DNA of 64,000 bases from assembly GCA_036510185.1 (NCBI GenBank), contig DATCEI010000253.1, positions 1,705 through 65,704 on the forward strand, read 5' to 3'. The notes under the pieces are model-generated. The model was not told the origin of the DNA and made no database searches. It saw nothing but the letters and a program-made list of their open reading frames with translations. Each line of letters starts with the position of its first letter. Within the stretch, counting starts at the first letter, position 1. The translations under genes and the position numbers were made by a program. This DNA is from Rhizomicrobium sp. (GTDB lineage: Bacteria > Pseudomonadota > Alphaproteobacteria > Micropepsales > Micropepsaceae). Below are positions 10,043-19,391 of this stretch, one piece after another.

Positions 10043-10051
10043 CTTCCCGCC

Positions 10052-10657
10052 ATGGAACCATTCAAAAGCCTCACCGGGGTGGCCGCCCCCCTGCCGATGA
10101 TCAATGTCGATACCGACATGATCATCCCGAAGCAATTCCTGAAAACGATCAAGCGCACGGGGCTTGGCAAATCGCTGTTCTTCGAAATGCGTACCAATGC
10201 GGACGGCAGCGAGAATCCGGATTTCGTGCTGAACCGCCCCGCTTATGCGCATGCGCAAATTCTGGTGACGGGCGCGAATTTCGGTTGCGGCTCAAGCCGC
10301 GAACACGCGCCATGGGCGCTGCTCGATTTCGGCATTCGCGCGGTGCTGGCGCCGTCCTTCGCCGACATCTTCTACAACAATTGCTTCAAGAACGGCATTC
10401 TGCCCATCGCGTTGCCGCAAAGCGACATCGACAAATTGATGGACGATGCGGAACGCGGCGCCAACGCCGTCATCACCATCGATCTGGAGAAACAGGAAAT
10501 TCGCGGACCGGACGGCGGTTGCATAAAATTCGAGATCGATCCGTTCCGCAAACAGGTGCTGTTGCAAGGCTGGGACGATATCGGCCTGACCTTGCGCAAC
10601 GAACAGAAGATTTCCGATTTCGAAGCGCTCCGTAAAGCGCAAGCACCCTGGATGTAA
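10052..10657 (+). CDS. leuD: 3-isopropylmalate dehydratase small subunit
   Basis: [29 protein letters not shown]. Confidence 0.97.
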   Translation: MEPFKSLTGVAAPLPMINVDTDMIIPKQFLKTIKRTGLGKSLFFEMRTNADGSENPDFVLNRPAYAHAQILVTGANFGCGSSREHAPWALLDFGIRAVLAPSFADIFYNNCFKNGILPIALPQSDIDKLMDDAERGANAVITIDLEKQEIRGPDGGCIKFEIDPFRKQVLLQGWDDIGLTLRNEQKISDFEALRKAQAPWM

Positions 10658-10666
10658 TCACAAACA

Positions 10667-11773
10667 ATGAGCCACAACATTCTTCTTCTTCCGGGCGACG
10701 GCATCGGACCCGAAGTGATGGAAGAAACCCGTCGCGTGCTTGGCTGGTTTTCGGCCAAGCGCAATTTCGTGTTTGAAATCGCTGAAGATCTGGTCGGCGG
10801 TATTTCCTACGAAACGCATGGCGATCCCGCGACCGATGCGATGATGGCGAAAGCCTTGCGCGCCGACGCAATACTGTTCGGCGCGGTCGGCGGACCGAAA
10901 TGGGATGGCCTGCCTTTCGAGAAAAAGCCCGAACGTGGCCTGCTGCGCCTGCGGAAAGATTTGGGGCTGTTCGCGAATTTGCGTCCCGCGCTCTGTTTCG
11001 ATGCGCTGAAAGATGCGTCGAGCCTGAAACCGGAAATTATTGCAGGCCTCGATATTCTTATCGTGCGCGAATTGACGGGCGGGGTTTATTTCGGTGAGCC
11101 GAAGGAAATTACGACGCTCCCCAATGGCGAAAAACGCGCCGTCGATACGCAGCTTTACACAACGAGCGAAATCGAGCGCATCGCGCGCGTGGCGTTTGAA
11201 CTGGCGCGGCTGCGGGGAAATCGCGTTTCCTCCGCCGAGAAATCCAACGTGATGGTGACGGGCGTACTATGGCGCGAAGTCGTGCAGCGCGTACACGACG
11301 CCGAATTCCCCGACGTGCAGCTTGCGCACATCCTCGCCGACAATTGTGCGATGCAGCTGGTGCGCAATCCGAAACAGTTCGATGTCATCGTCACCGACAA
11401 TCTGTTCGGCGATGTGCTGTCCGACGAAGCGGCACAACTCACCGGCTCCATCGGCATGCTGCCGTCGGCGTCGCTCGGCGCAAAAGACGTGAACGGCAAA
11501 CAGCCTGCGCTCTACGAACCTATTCACGGCAGCGCGCCGGATATCGCGGGCAAGGGCCTCGCCAATCCCATCGCCTGCATTCTCTCTTTCGCGATGTGCT
11601 TGCGTTATTCCTTCGCGCGCGTGGACGACGCGAACCTTCTCGAACGCGCGGTGGAGCGCGTTCTCGCCGAGGGTTATCGCACGACGGACATCATGCAGCC
11701 CGGCGGCACAAAAGTCGGCACGCGCGAAATGACAGACGCAATTCTGAAGACTCTCGACAAACTCGCTGCTTAA
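10667..11773 (+). CDS. leuB: 3-isopropylmalate dehydrogenase
   Basis: [31 protein letters not shown]. Confidence 0.97.
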   Translation: MSHNILLLPGDGIGPEVMEETRRVLGWFSAKRNFVFEIAEDLVGGISYETHGDPATDAMMAKALRADAILFGAVGGPKWDGLPFEKKPERGLLRLRKDLGLFANLRPALCFDALKDASSLKPEIIAGLDILIVRELTGGVYFGEPKEITTLPNGEKRAVDTQLYTTSEIERIARVAFELARLRGNRVSSAEKSNVMVTGVLWREVVQRVHDAEFPDVQLAHILADNCAMQLVRNPKQFDVIVTDNLFGDVLSDEAAQLTGSIGMLPSASLGAKDVNGKQPALYEPIHGSAPDIAGKGLANPIACILSFAMCLRYSFARVDDANLLERAVERVLAEGYRTTDIMQPGGTKVGTREMTDAILKTLDKLAA

Positions 11774-12429
11774 GCCGTCCCGGTTTTCGTGCGCGGCATA
11801 GTGCGATGCGGCAGCGTGTGAACGCCGCCCATGAACAGCGCCGTGGCGAAAGCCGCCGCTGCCGCAGGATCGATCTCTTCACGCAACAGCATCCGTTCGC
11901 CAACTTCAAACGCCACGCCGACGATGGAGGCCATGAGGAAGTCCGCGTCCACAGGCGGAAACAAGCCCTTGGAAATGGCGGTCTCAATGTCTTCGCGAAG
12001 CTCGTCGAAGCCTGCGATCACTTCGGGCGTGTCCATGCGCACGCGGATCGTGTCGGTGTTGCGGCGGATGGCGTGGAAATTGGCCTGGTCGCCGGCAACG
12101 TAGTCGAAAAACGTGCGATAGCTGCCGGAGATGAATTCCTCGATCGTGCCGGCCCGCACCCGTTCCTCGCGCAGCCGGGGGCGAATCTGCAGCGCGCTCT
12201 CGTCGCGGATGGCCTGAAACACCTCTTCCTTGGAGCGGAAGTAATTGTAGAACGTGCCCGAAGCCAGCGGCGTGGCGCGGATGATGTCGCGCACCGTGGT
12301 TGCGCCATAGCCGAGTTCCGCGAAAACCCGCCGCGCCGCCTCAAGGATCAGATGCCGGTTCTGCGCCTTGGTTTTTTCGCGCTTGCCCGCCGGCTTTGTT
12401 ACAGACGCATTCGAAACTTCGCTGTCCAT
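11770..12429 (-). CDS. TetR/AcrR family transcriptional regulator
   Basis: N-terminal HTH with [12 protein letters not shown]. Confidence 0.9.
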   Translation of the reverse strand: MDSEVSNASVTKPAGKREKTKAQNRHLILEAARRVFAELGYGATTVRDIIRATPLASGTFYNYFRSKEEVFQAIRDESALQIRPRLREERVRAGTIEEFISGSYRTFFDYVAGDQANFHAIRRNTDTIRVRMDTPEVIAGFDELREDIETAISKGLFPPVDADFLMASIVGVAFEVGERMLLREEIDPAAAAAFATALFMGGVHTLPHRTMPRTKTGTA

Positions 12430-12491
12430 TCAGACCTCGGTTGGGAGAATTGCGACAGTCTAGCGATTGGTGACGCTACGTCAACTTTTTG

Positions 12492-12896
12492 TCAGTTGAG
12501 CCGCCCGTTCAGGCCGCCAAGGCTGTAGCGTCCCGCGCCCAAGAACATCAGAGCGAAAGCCGTCAGCAGGAAAAATGTTTCCAGTTCCAGCGCATAGCCG
12601 CCATGAGCGTTGATGGCGAACAGATTGCCCATGCCCGCCATCCAGATCGCAAACAGCATATTGGCCACGATCAATGCCGCGCCAAAACGGCTGACGACGC
12701 CCAGAATGATCAGCACCGGCCCCAGAATTTCGCCGGAATAAACGCCATAGGCCAAAGCGGGCGGCAGGTGATGGGCAATCACCATCGCGTTGATTTCGCC
12801 GATGCCGTGAATGGCTTTGTAGATGCCGTGAAAGAGCAAAAGCGTGCCCAGCATGAGGCGCAACACGAGTTTCCCGAAATCCTGCGATGCGGTCAT
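12492..12896 (-). CDS. DoxX family membrane protein
   Basis: LRL..G..HG..K, GAGRYSL; four hydrophobic segments. Confidence 0.85.
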   Translation of the reverse strand: MTASQDFGKLVLRLMLGTLLLFHGIYKAIHGIGEINAMVIAHHLPPALAYGVYSGEILGPVLIILGVVSRFGAALIVANMLFAIWMAGMGNLFAINAHGGYALELETFFLLTAFALMFLGAGRYSLGGLNGRLN

Positions 12897-12974
12897 GGCG
12901 GTATCCTCCTGGCGGGTTTCAACCGGACCTTAACCCATTCCGTCCGGCTTCGGAAAAGCGTGATGAAAATTTGG

Positions 12975-14009
12975 TCAGCGTGCCGTGGCTGCGGCCACCG
13001 AGGCAAAACCGTCGCGCGCGAGGCAGGCCAGAAGTTCGCGTTTGATCCGGCCGATCAAGCCGGGGCCGCGATAAGCAAGTGCGGTGTAAAGCTGAACGAG
13101 GTCGGCACCGGCGCGCAATTTTCCATAGGCCTGCTCGCCGGATGCGACGCCGCCCACACCGATCAGCACCAGTTTGGAGCCGGCACGCGCGCGCACCGCT
13201 TTCAGAATTGCGGTGGAGGGTTCAAACAAAGGCGCTCCCGAAAGACCGCCGGATTGATGGGCGTGCGCGCTTCTAAGCGACGCGGGCCGCGCGATGGTTG
13301 TGTTAGACACAATCATGCCTTCGATCCCCGAAGCCAGCACGACCGCGACGATTTCGTCGAGCGCGTGAGCGTCCAGATCGGGCGCGATCTTGAGCAGCAG
13401 CGGGACACGCGAATTCGCAGTGGCGCGCGCTTCCGTCAAAAGCCCAAGCAGATGCTGGAGTTCGTCGCGACTTTGCAGCCCGCGCAGACCCGGCGTGTTG
13501 GGCGAAGACACATTGACCGTGATGTAGTCGGCAAAGGGCGACAACCGCGAAAACCCATCGCGATAATCGGCGGCGCGATCCGGCGAATCCTTGTTCGCGC
13601 CGATATTGATGCCGACGATGCCCTCGCGCGGTCGTGCCGCCAGACACCGCGCCATCTCCGCCATGCCGCGATTGTTGAAGCCCATCCGGTTGATAACCGC
13701 GTCGTCTTCGTGCAGCCGGAAAAGGCGGGGTCGCGGATTGCCGATCTGGCGGCGCGGCGTGACCGTGCCACATTCGGCGAAGCCGAAGCCCAGTTTCAGC
13801 ATTGCGCCGGGCACCTCGGCATCCTTGTCGAAACCGGCGGCAAGCCCGATGGGATTGGGAAAGCGCAGCCCCAGAACATTGACGGCTAATCGCTCGTCAT
13901 CCGCCGACGACGACGGCAGGAAAGCCGCCCCGGCGCGCAACAGCGCCAAAGTTCCACGATGCGCGGTTTCCGGCGGCAGAAGCCTCATTCCCTTTGCCAC
14001 CAAATCCAT
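12975..14009 (-). CDS. pyrD: Quinone-dependent dihydroorotate dehydrogenase
   Basis: GLAAGFDK, NRMGFNN, NVSSPNTPGLR, KIAPD, GGLSG. Confidence 0.96.
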   Translation of the reverse strand: MDLVAKGMRLLPPETAHRGTLALLRAGAAFLPSSSADDERLAVNVLGLRFPNPIGLAAGFDKDAEVPGAMLKLGFGFAECGTVTPRRQIGNPRPRLFRLHEDDAVINRMGFNNRGMAEMARCLAARPREGIVGINIGANKDSPDRAADYRDGFSRLSPFADYITVNVSSPNTPGLRGLQSRDELQHLLGLLTEARATANSRVPLLLKIAPDLDAHALDEIVAVVLASGIEGMIVSNTTIARPASLRSAHAHQSGGLSGAPLFEPSTAILKAVRARAGSKLVLIGVGGVASGEQAYGKLRAGADLVQLYTALAYRGPGLIGRIKRELLACLARDGFASVAAATAR

Positions 14010-14035
14010 CAACACCTTAAATCCTCTATCACAGG

Positions 14036-14070
14036 TTGTATTTTCCGAACATATTCATATAATAGGAATT
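14036..14070 (+). promoter_or_regulatory. Sigma70 promoter with overlapping candidate operator for the S24 repressor
   Basis: TTGTAT-N16-TATAAT (14036-14063) with imperfect inverted halves TTCCGA...TAGGAA. Confidence 0.5.
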
Positions 14071-14109
14071 ATTGCCGACAGATGGAGCGATTCTTTACCG
14101 GGGCAGCCC

Positions 14110-14748
14110 ATGCTGACACATAGACAAATCTGGGGCGCAATCGACGCGCTGGCCTACCGAAACGGCCTTTCGGCCTCCGGCTTGGCCAAACGCGCCGGTC
14201 TGGACCCCACCACATTTAACAAGAGCAAGCGCGCAACCGCCAATGGAAAGGAACGCTGGCCTTCCACGGAAAGCCTTTCCAAAGTCCTTTTTGCCACGGG
14301 ATCGAGCCTGGACCAGTTCGTGGGCCTTGCCGACACGGCGGGACGCGCGCGGCCCAACATATCGAACAGCGTGCCGCTGATCGGGCTGGCGCGCGCGGGT
14401 GTTCAGGGATTTTTCGACGATGCAGGCTTTCCGGCCGGATCTGGCTGGGAAGAAATCATTTTCCCCGAACTCGTCGAAGAGCACGCCTATGCGCTGGAAA
14501 TCACCGGCGACTCCATGCTGCCGGTCTATCGCGACGGCGACCGCATCATCGTTTCGCCGGCCGCAAGTGTGCGGCGCGGCGACCGTGTGGTGGTGAAAAC
14601 GCTTGCCGGCGAAGTGACCGCCAAGCAGCTTGCGCGCATGACGGCGCAACACATCGAGCTTCGTTCGTTCAATCCGGACTATGAGGATCGCAGTTTTCCG
14701 CTTTCCGATATCGTCTTCATGCACCGCATCATCTGGTCGAGCCAGTGA
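14110..14748 (+). CDS. HTH + S24 peptidase (CI/LexA-like) transcriptional regulator
   Basis: HTH SGLAKRAGLDPTTFNKSKR; A-G site (ARAG), GDSM catalytic Ser, TAK catalytic Lys. Confidence 0.9.
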   Translation: MLTHRQIWGAIDALAYRNGLSASGLAKRAGLDPTTFNKSKRATANGKERWPSTESLSKVLFATGSSLDQFVGLADTAGRARPNISNSVPLIGLARAGVQGFFDDAGFPAGSGWEEIIFPELVEEHAYALEITGDSMLPVYRDGDRIIVSPAASVRRGDRVVVKTLAGEVTAKQLARMTAQHIELRSFNPDYEDRSFPLSDIVFMHRIIWSSQ

Positions 14749-15564
14749 TCACACCGGAATGCCCATGTATTTCTTGACGGTGGTGTCGAAGGCGTTGGCG
14801 TCGCCGCCATCGAGAAGCTTAAGCAGATCGGCCGCGCGCTTCTGCGACACCGTGTAATAAACAGAATCCGCTTTGGCGGCGACGGCGCGAGAAAGGGCCG
14901 CCTTGATCATGTCGTGATATTTGTCGCGATCAACGCTCGCAAGCGACAGCGCGTATTGATAGTTGATGAGAAGTTCGTTCGGCGCGAGCTTCAACGCTTC
15001 GTCGAAATATTTGAGTCCCTCGTCCGTCGTCGCCCCATAGGTCAATCGCGCGATGAAGGAACCGGCGATGCGGATGATCTCGAAATGCCAGCCGCCCATC
15101 GTTGCGAGCAGCAAAGGACTTTTCGGCTCGATGGCAAGCCCGTCCTGCAACGCTTTCTGCGATTGCCCGGCGAGACCTTTGCTTTGCGCCTGCATCAACC
15201 CGATGAGACGTCCCTCGTACCCCAACACCGCCGCCAGATAGATTTTCGGCAACACGGCTTTCGGATCGGCGGCCATGGCTTTGCGTACGACCACCTCGGC
15301 TTTGTTCACACAATCCAGACACGGCGGAATATGCAGCGACATATCCGATACAGCGGAGCGCGCGGCCACCGAAAGACCTTCCGGTGTTTTCTGCGCTTCG
15401 CCCGCGGCAATCGCCTGATCGTATTTGCCGTCGCGCCACAAATCGAACGGCGTGGGAGCCGCAGCTTGCACCACCGGCGTGGACGGCGCGGTCGGCGTTT
15501 GCGCGAAAGTCACCGATGTTGCGGAAAGCGCGAACGCCGTAGCCAGAATAATTGTGCGTTTCAT
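14749..15564 (-). CDS. Exported helical-repeat (TPR-like) hypothetical protein
   Basis: Signal peptide [21 protein letters not shown], Pro/Thr linker, Ala-rich helices; ATGA overlap with lysS. Confidence 0.65.
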   Translation of the reverse strand: MKRTIILATAFALSATSVTFAQTPTAPSTPVVQAAAPTPFDLWRDGKYDQAIAAGEAQKTPEGLSVAARSAVSDMSLHIPPCLDCVNKAEVVVRKAMAADPKAVLPKIYLAAVLGYEGRLIGLMQAQSKGLAGQSQKALQDGLAIEPKSPLLLATMGGWHFEIIRIAGSFIARLTYGATTDEGLKYFDEALKLAPNELLINYQYALSLASVDRDKYHDMIKAALSRAVAAKADSVYYTVSQKRAADLLKLLDGGDANAFDTTVKKYMGIPV

Positions 15565-17174
15565 AGTGCCTGCTCCAAAAATTCTCCGCCGAGCGCGCGC
15601 CGGATCAGCGACGCGGTTTCGGCACAACCGAACAATGCGGCGAACGACCCGAACCGCGGACCTTGCGTCTGGCCGAACAGAATTTCGTAGAGCGCCTTGA
15701 ACCAGTCGCGCAGCGGCTCGAAACCGTGCGACTTGCCGATTTCATAGACCATGTTCTGCACGATTTCTCCGTCGCGTTCGCCCTGCATTGCGCCAAGTCT
15801 GTCCGCGAGTTCGGCCAGCGCGGCGCGTTCTTTTTCGTTCGGCGCGCGATATTTCTTCAGCGGCTTCACGAAGTTCTCGTAATACTTGACAGCATAGTCA
15901 ACTAATCGGTCAAGGCCGGGGTTGGCGGCGGTGTTGGCCTGCGGCGCATAGGCGCGGATAAAGCCCCAAAGCACATCGCGATTGTGGGCATTGGACGCAC
16001 TGACCAGATTGAGCAGCAGCGCAAAACTCACCGGATAAATCTCGCGCGGCGGCTTGCCTTCATGAATATGCCACACGGGATTTTCCAGCCGGGCTGCTTC
16101 ATCGGTTTCGTTCGCGTGATATTGCGCGAGGAAACCGATGTAATCGTCCACCGTTTTGGGAATGGCGTCGAAATAAAGCTTTTTCGCGGCGCGCGGTTTT
16201 TGATACATGAACAGCGCGAGGCTTTCTTCCGGCCCGTAGGTCAGCCATTCATCCACCGAAATGCCGTTGCCTTTCGATTTGGAAATCTTCTGGCCCTGTT
16301 CATCGAGAAACAGTTCGTAGTTGAATCCCTCTGGCGGCGCGCCACCCAATACGCGCAAAATCTTCGACGACAATTCGACCGAAGAAATCAGATCCTTTCC
16401 CGCCATTTCATAATCGACGCCGAGCGCCAGCCAGCGCATCGCCCAATCGGCTTTCCATTGCAGTTTGCAGTGACCGCCCGTGACCGGCACTTCGATGCGT
16501 TCGCCATCGTCTTCGTAAACAATCGTGCCGCGCGAAACATTCCATTCGACAATCGGCACCTGAAGCACATGGCCGTTGCGCGGACTGACGGGAAGAAACG
16601 GCGAATAAGTCGCGCGCCGCTCCGGCCCCAATGTCGGCAGCACGACATCGCGCACTTTTTCGTAATGCGTGAGCACTGTCAGCAATGCCGCATCGAAGCG
16701 GCGGCTCTTGTAGCAATCGGTCGAACTCATGAATTCATATTCAAATCCGAAACGATCAAGGAACGCCTTGAGCCGCGCATTGTTGTGCGCGCCGAAACTG
16801 TCATGCGTGCCGAAAGGATCGGGAATGGAGGTCAGCGGCTTGCCGAGGTATTCCTGCAGCATTTCCTTGTTGGGCACATTGTCCGGCACTTTGCGCAGGC
16901 CATCCATATCGTCGGAGAACGCAACCAGCCGTGTGGGCACATCGCTCATCAATTCGAACGCGCGCCGTACCCATGTCGTGCGCGCCACTTCGCCGAACGT
17001 GCCGATATGCGGCAGGCCCGACGGCCCGTAGCCCGTTTCAAACAAGACTTTGTTAAGAGGTTTGCCCGCTTTCGCGCGGGCGTCCACGCGCGCCAGCACT
17101 TTGCGCGCCTCCTCGAACGGCCAGGCGTGGGCAGACAACGCCACATCGCGGCGCGAAACCGGCACGGAAGTCAT
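15561..17174 (-). CDS. lysS: Lysine--tRNA ligase, class I
   Basis: [11 protein letters not shown] (HIGH-like), KISKSKGN (KMSKS-like), QGPRFG. Confidence 0.95.
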   Translation of the reverse strand: MTSVPVSRRDVALSAHAWPFEEARKVLARVDARAKAGKPLNKVLFETGYGPSGLPHIGTFGEVARTTWVRRAFELMSDVPTRLVAFSDDMDGLRKVPDNVPNKEMLQEYLGKPLTSIPDPFGTHDSFGAHNNARLKAFLDRFGFEYEFMSSTDCYKSRRFDAALLTVLTHYEKVRDVVLPTLGPERRATYSPFLPVSPRNGHVLQVPIVEWNVSRGTIVYEDDGERIEVPVTGGHCKLQWKADWAMRWLALGVDYEMAGKDLISSVELSSKILRVLGGAPPEGFNYELFLDEQGQKISKSKGNGISVDEWLTYGPEESLALFMYQKPRAAKKLYFDAIPKTVDDYIGFLAQYHANETDEAARLENPVWHIHEGKPPREIYPVSFALLLNLVSASNAHNRDVLWGFIRAYAPQANTAANPGLDRLVDYAVKYYENFVKPLKKYRAPNEKERAALAELADRLGAMQGERDGEIVQNMVYEIGKSHGFEPLRDWFKALYEILFGQTQGPRFGSFAALFGCAETASLIRRALGGEFLEQAL

Positions 17175-17231
17175 GAAAAACCTTAACCTTAAGCGATTTG
17201 AAAGGGCCGGAAAGCTAGGCTTTGCCGGGGG

Positions 17232-19358
17232 ATGACGTCAATGTCCGAGAACCTAGCAATGCCGGATGACGACGCCCGCTCGCGAACAGCGATGCGGATC
17301 GACAATCTTTACGTGCTGGGCCGGAATTATATCTCGCTGCCTTTTGCCGTGTTTTGCATGCCGGCGGCGTTCATCGGCGCGAAGCCGAATGTCCTGCTTG
17401 CCGTCGCGCCGCTCATCATTTTGATTGCGGCGGCGGTGATCGGCGAAAATCTCCGCCACGCCTATTTCAAATACGGATCGCGGCACAGCCCGCAATATTG
17501 GGCAAGGCGCTATGTGTATGCGTCCGCGATTTCGGGGGCGAGCTGGGGCATAAGCGCCATCATCTGGTTCGTGCCGAATTCGTTTCCGGCGGAAGCCTAT
17601 CTGGCAATTGCATTCCTCGGCATGACGGCCGCCGAGTTGATCGGGCGTTGCGTCTATCGGCCCGCTTTTGTCGTGCATACGTTTTTCTCGCTGACGCCGA
17701 TGATCGTGTTGCTGCTGCTTCAGGGCGGCTTGATCGCCACGATGAGCGCGGTCGTGATGTTTTTCTTCGCGGCATTGCTTTTCGGCTATTGCGGCGTAAT
17801 GGGAAAGCTTCTGGATCGCAGTCTGCGCCTGAGACAGGACAAGACGGCGCTGATCGAGCGGCTTTCGCAGGAGAAAGAAGCCGCCGAAAAAGCCCGCGAC
17901 GAAGCCGAAGCCGGTGCGCGCGCAAAATCCGCCTTCGTCGCCAACATCAGTCACGAAATCCGCACGCCGCTCAACGCGCTGCTCGGCATGGCGCAATTGC
18001 TGGATCGCGCCGGCCTCGAAAAACCGCAGCGCGATTATACCAGAGTGATGCTGGAAGCCGGGCGCGGGCTTCGCATTCTGCTCGATGACGTCATCGCGCT
18101 GGCGCGTGAAGATTCGGTGGCTGACATGCAGCCCGATTGCGATCCGGCGCAAACCGCGCGCGCTGTCGCGCAATTGCTGCAGCCGCGCGCCTGGGAAAAA
18201 CAATTGCGGCTGACGATTTCCGTGGCGAACGGATTGCCCCGCGCCAGCGGCGATCCGCGGCGCGTGCGGCAGGTGCTGCTCAAGCTTGCGGAAAACGCGC
18301 TCAAATTCACCGATCGTGGCGGCGTGGAAATTCAGGTTGAAAATGTCGAGACCGATGGTGTCGCCCGCGTGCGGTTTTCCGTCACCGATACGGGTCTTGG
18401 CATTCCGGACGAAGTGGCGGCGCATCTGTTCGAGCCTTTCACGCCCGGCGATCTGTCCTATACGCGGCGTCATTCGGGTGCGGGTCTTGGTCTTGCCGTC
18501 GCCAAACGCATTGTGGAATCGCTGGGCGGCACAATCGGTTTTGAAAGCGAACCGGGACAGGGTTCGACCTTCTGGTTCACCTTGCCTGTTGCCAGCACCA
18601 GCGCGTTCGACCGCGACCAGCAGGCGCTTGCGGCGCAGGATGCCGAACCGCCCGCGGATCTGATGCTGCTGGCGCTTTTCACCGATCACGGCGTGCGCCG
18701 CCAGTTGACCCGCTATCTTGAACCATTCGGAAACCGCATTGTTTTCGCATCCACGCTGGCCGAAGGCGCCGCGCGCGCAGGCCGCGAGAAATTCGATGCG
18801 ATCCTTGCGCGCCCCAGCGATATCGAGGCGCTGTCCTCTTCGCCCGGCGCGCGCGCGCCGATGCTGGCGATCCTGTTTCCCGCCGACAAAGCGCCCGCGA
18901 GCGGTGACGAAATCCTGCATTGGCCGGCGGCGGCGAATGAAGTCTACGCCGCGATCCGCAAAGTCACGGAGCGCGTCGTTCACGCGCCAGCGCAAGCCGC
19001 GCAGGAAGCCGCCATCGACGCGCCCGCGTTTGCCGCGCTGGAAAAATCGGTCGGTTTCACGACGCTGATCGAAATTCTGCATTCCTACATCAAGACCACC
19101 GAAACATTGTGCGATGCGCTGTCGAAGGCCAGTGCCGCCGAAGATTGGGCGGAAGCCGCCCGTCTGGCGCAGGACATCGCGGGTGCCGCAGGCGGCCTCG
19201 GCCTCAGCGCCATGACGAGTGCGGCACGCGGTTTCGCACAACAGGCCCGTGTCGGCGAGGATTCCCATGCGCTGCGCAACGCCGCCCAGATGGTCGTGGG
19301 CGAGCATGTCCGCGTGCGCAATGCCCTGACCAATCTTTATCCCGACCTCGCTGCCTAG
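17232..19358 (+). CDS. Multi-TM hybrid histidine kinase with degenerate receiver and HPt-like domains
   Basis: About 5 TM helices, SHEIRTPLN, HATPase G-boxes, REC-like segment and a C-terminal four-helix HPt-like segment. Confidence 0.85.
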   Translation: MTSMSENLAMPDDDARSRTAMRIDNLYVLGRNYISLPFAVFCMPAAFIGAKPNVLLAVAPLIILIAAAVIGENLRHAYFKYGSRHSPQYWARRYVYASAISGASWGISAIIWFVPNSFPAEAYLAIAFLGMTAAELIGRCVYRPAFVVHTFFSLTPMIVLLLLQGGLIATMSAVVMFFFAALLFGYCGVMGKLLDRSLRLRQDKTALIERLSQEKEAAEKARDEAEAGARAKSAFVANISHEIRTPLNALLGMAQLLDRAGLEKPQRDYTRVMLEAGRGLRILLDDVIALAREDSVADMQPDCDPAQTARAVAQLLQPRAWEKQLRLTISVANGLPRASGDPRRVRQVLLKLAENALKFTDRGGVEIQVENVETDGVARVRFSVTDTGLGIPDEVAAHLFEPFTPGDLSYTRRHSGAGLGLAVAKRIVESLGGTIGFESEPGQGSTFWFTLPVASTSAFDRDQQALAAQDAEPPADLMLLALFTDHGVRRQLTRYLEPFGNRIVFASTLAEGAARAGREKFDAILARPSDIEALSSSPGARAPMLAILFPADKAPASGDEILHWPAAANEVYAAIRKVTERVVHAPAQAAQEAAIDAPAFAALEKSVGFTTLIEILHSYIKTTETLCDALSKASAAEDWAEAARLAQDIAGAAGGLGLSAMTSAARGFAQQARVGEDSHALRNAAQMVVGEHVRVRNALTNLYPDLAA

Positions 19359-19391
19359 GCTTTCAATCCGGCTCGGAGTGCGCAAGATCGG

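Noticed and set aside
10052-11773. leuC missing from the leuD-leuB pair
   Set aside because: Split leu genes are common in alphaproteobacteria; leuC probably lies elsewhere
14110-14748. Prophage marked by the CI-like repressor
   Set aside because: Flanked by pyrD and lysS; no integrase or structural genes
17183-17192. CtrA box upstream of the hybrid kinase
   Set aside because: TTAA-CC-TTAA has 2-nt spacing, not 7
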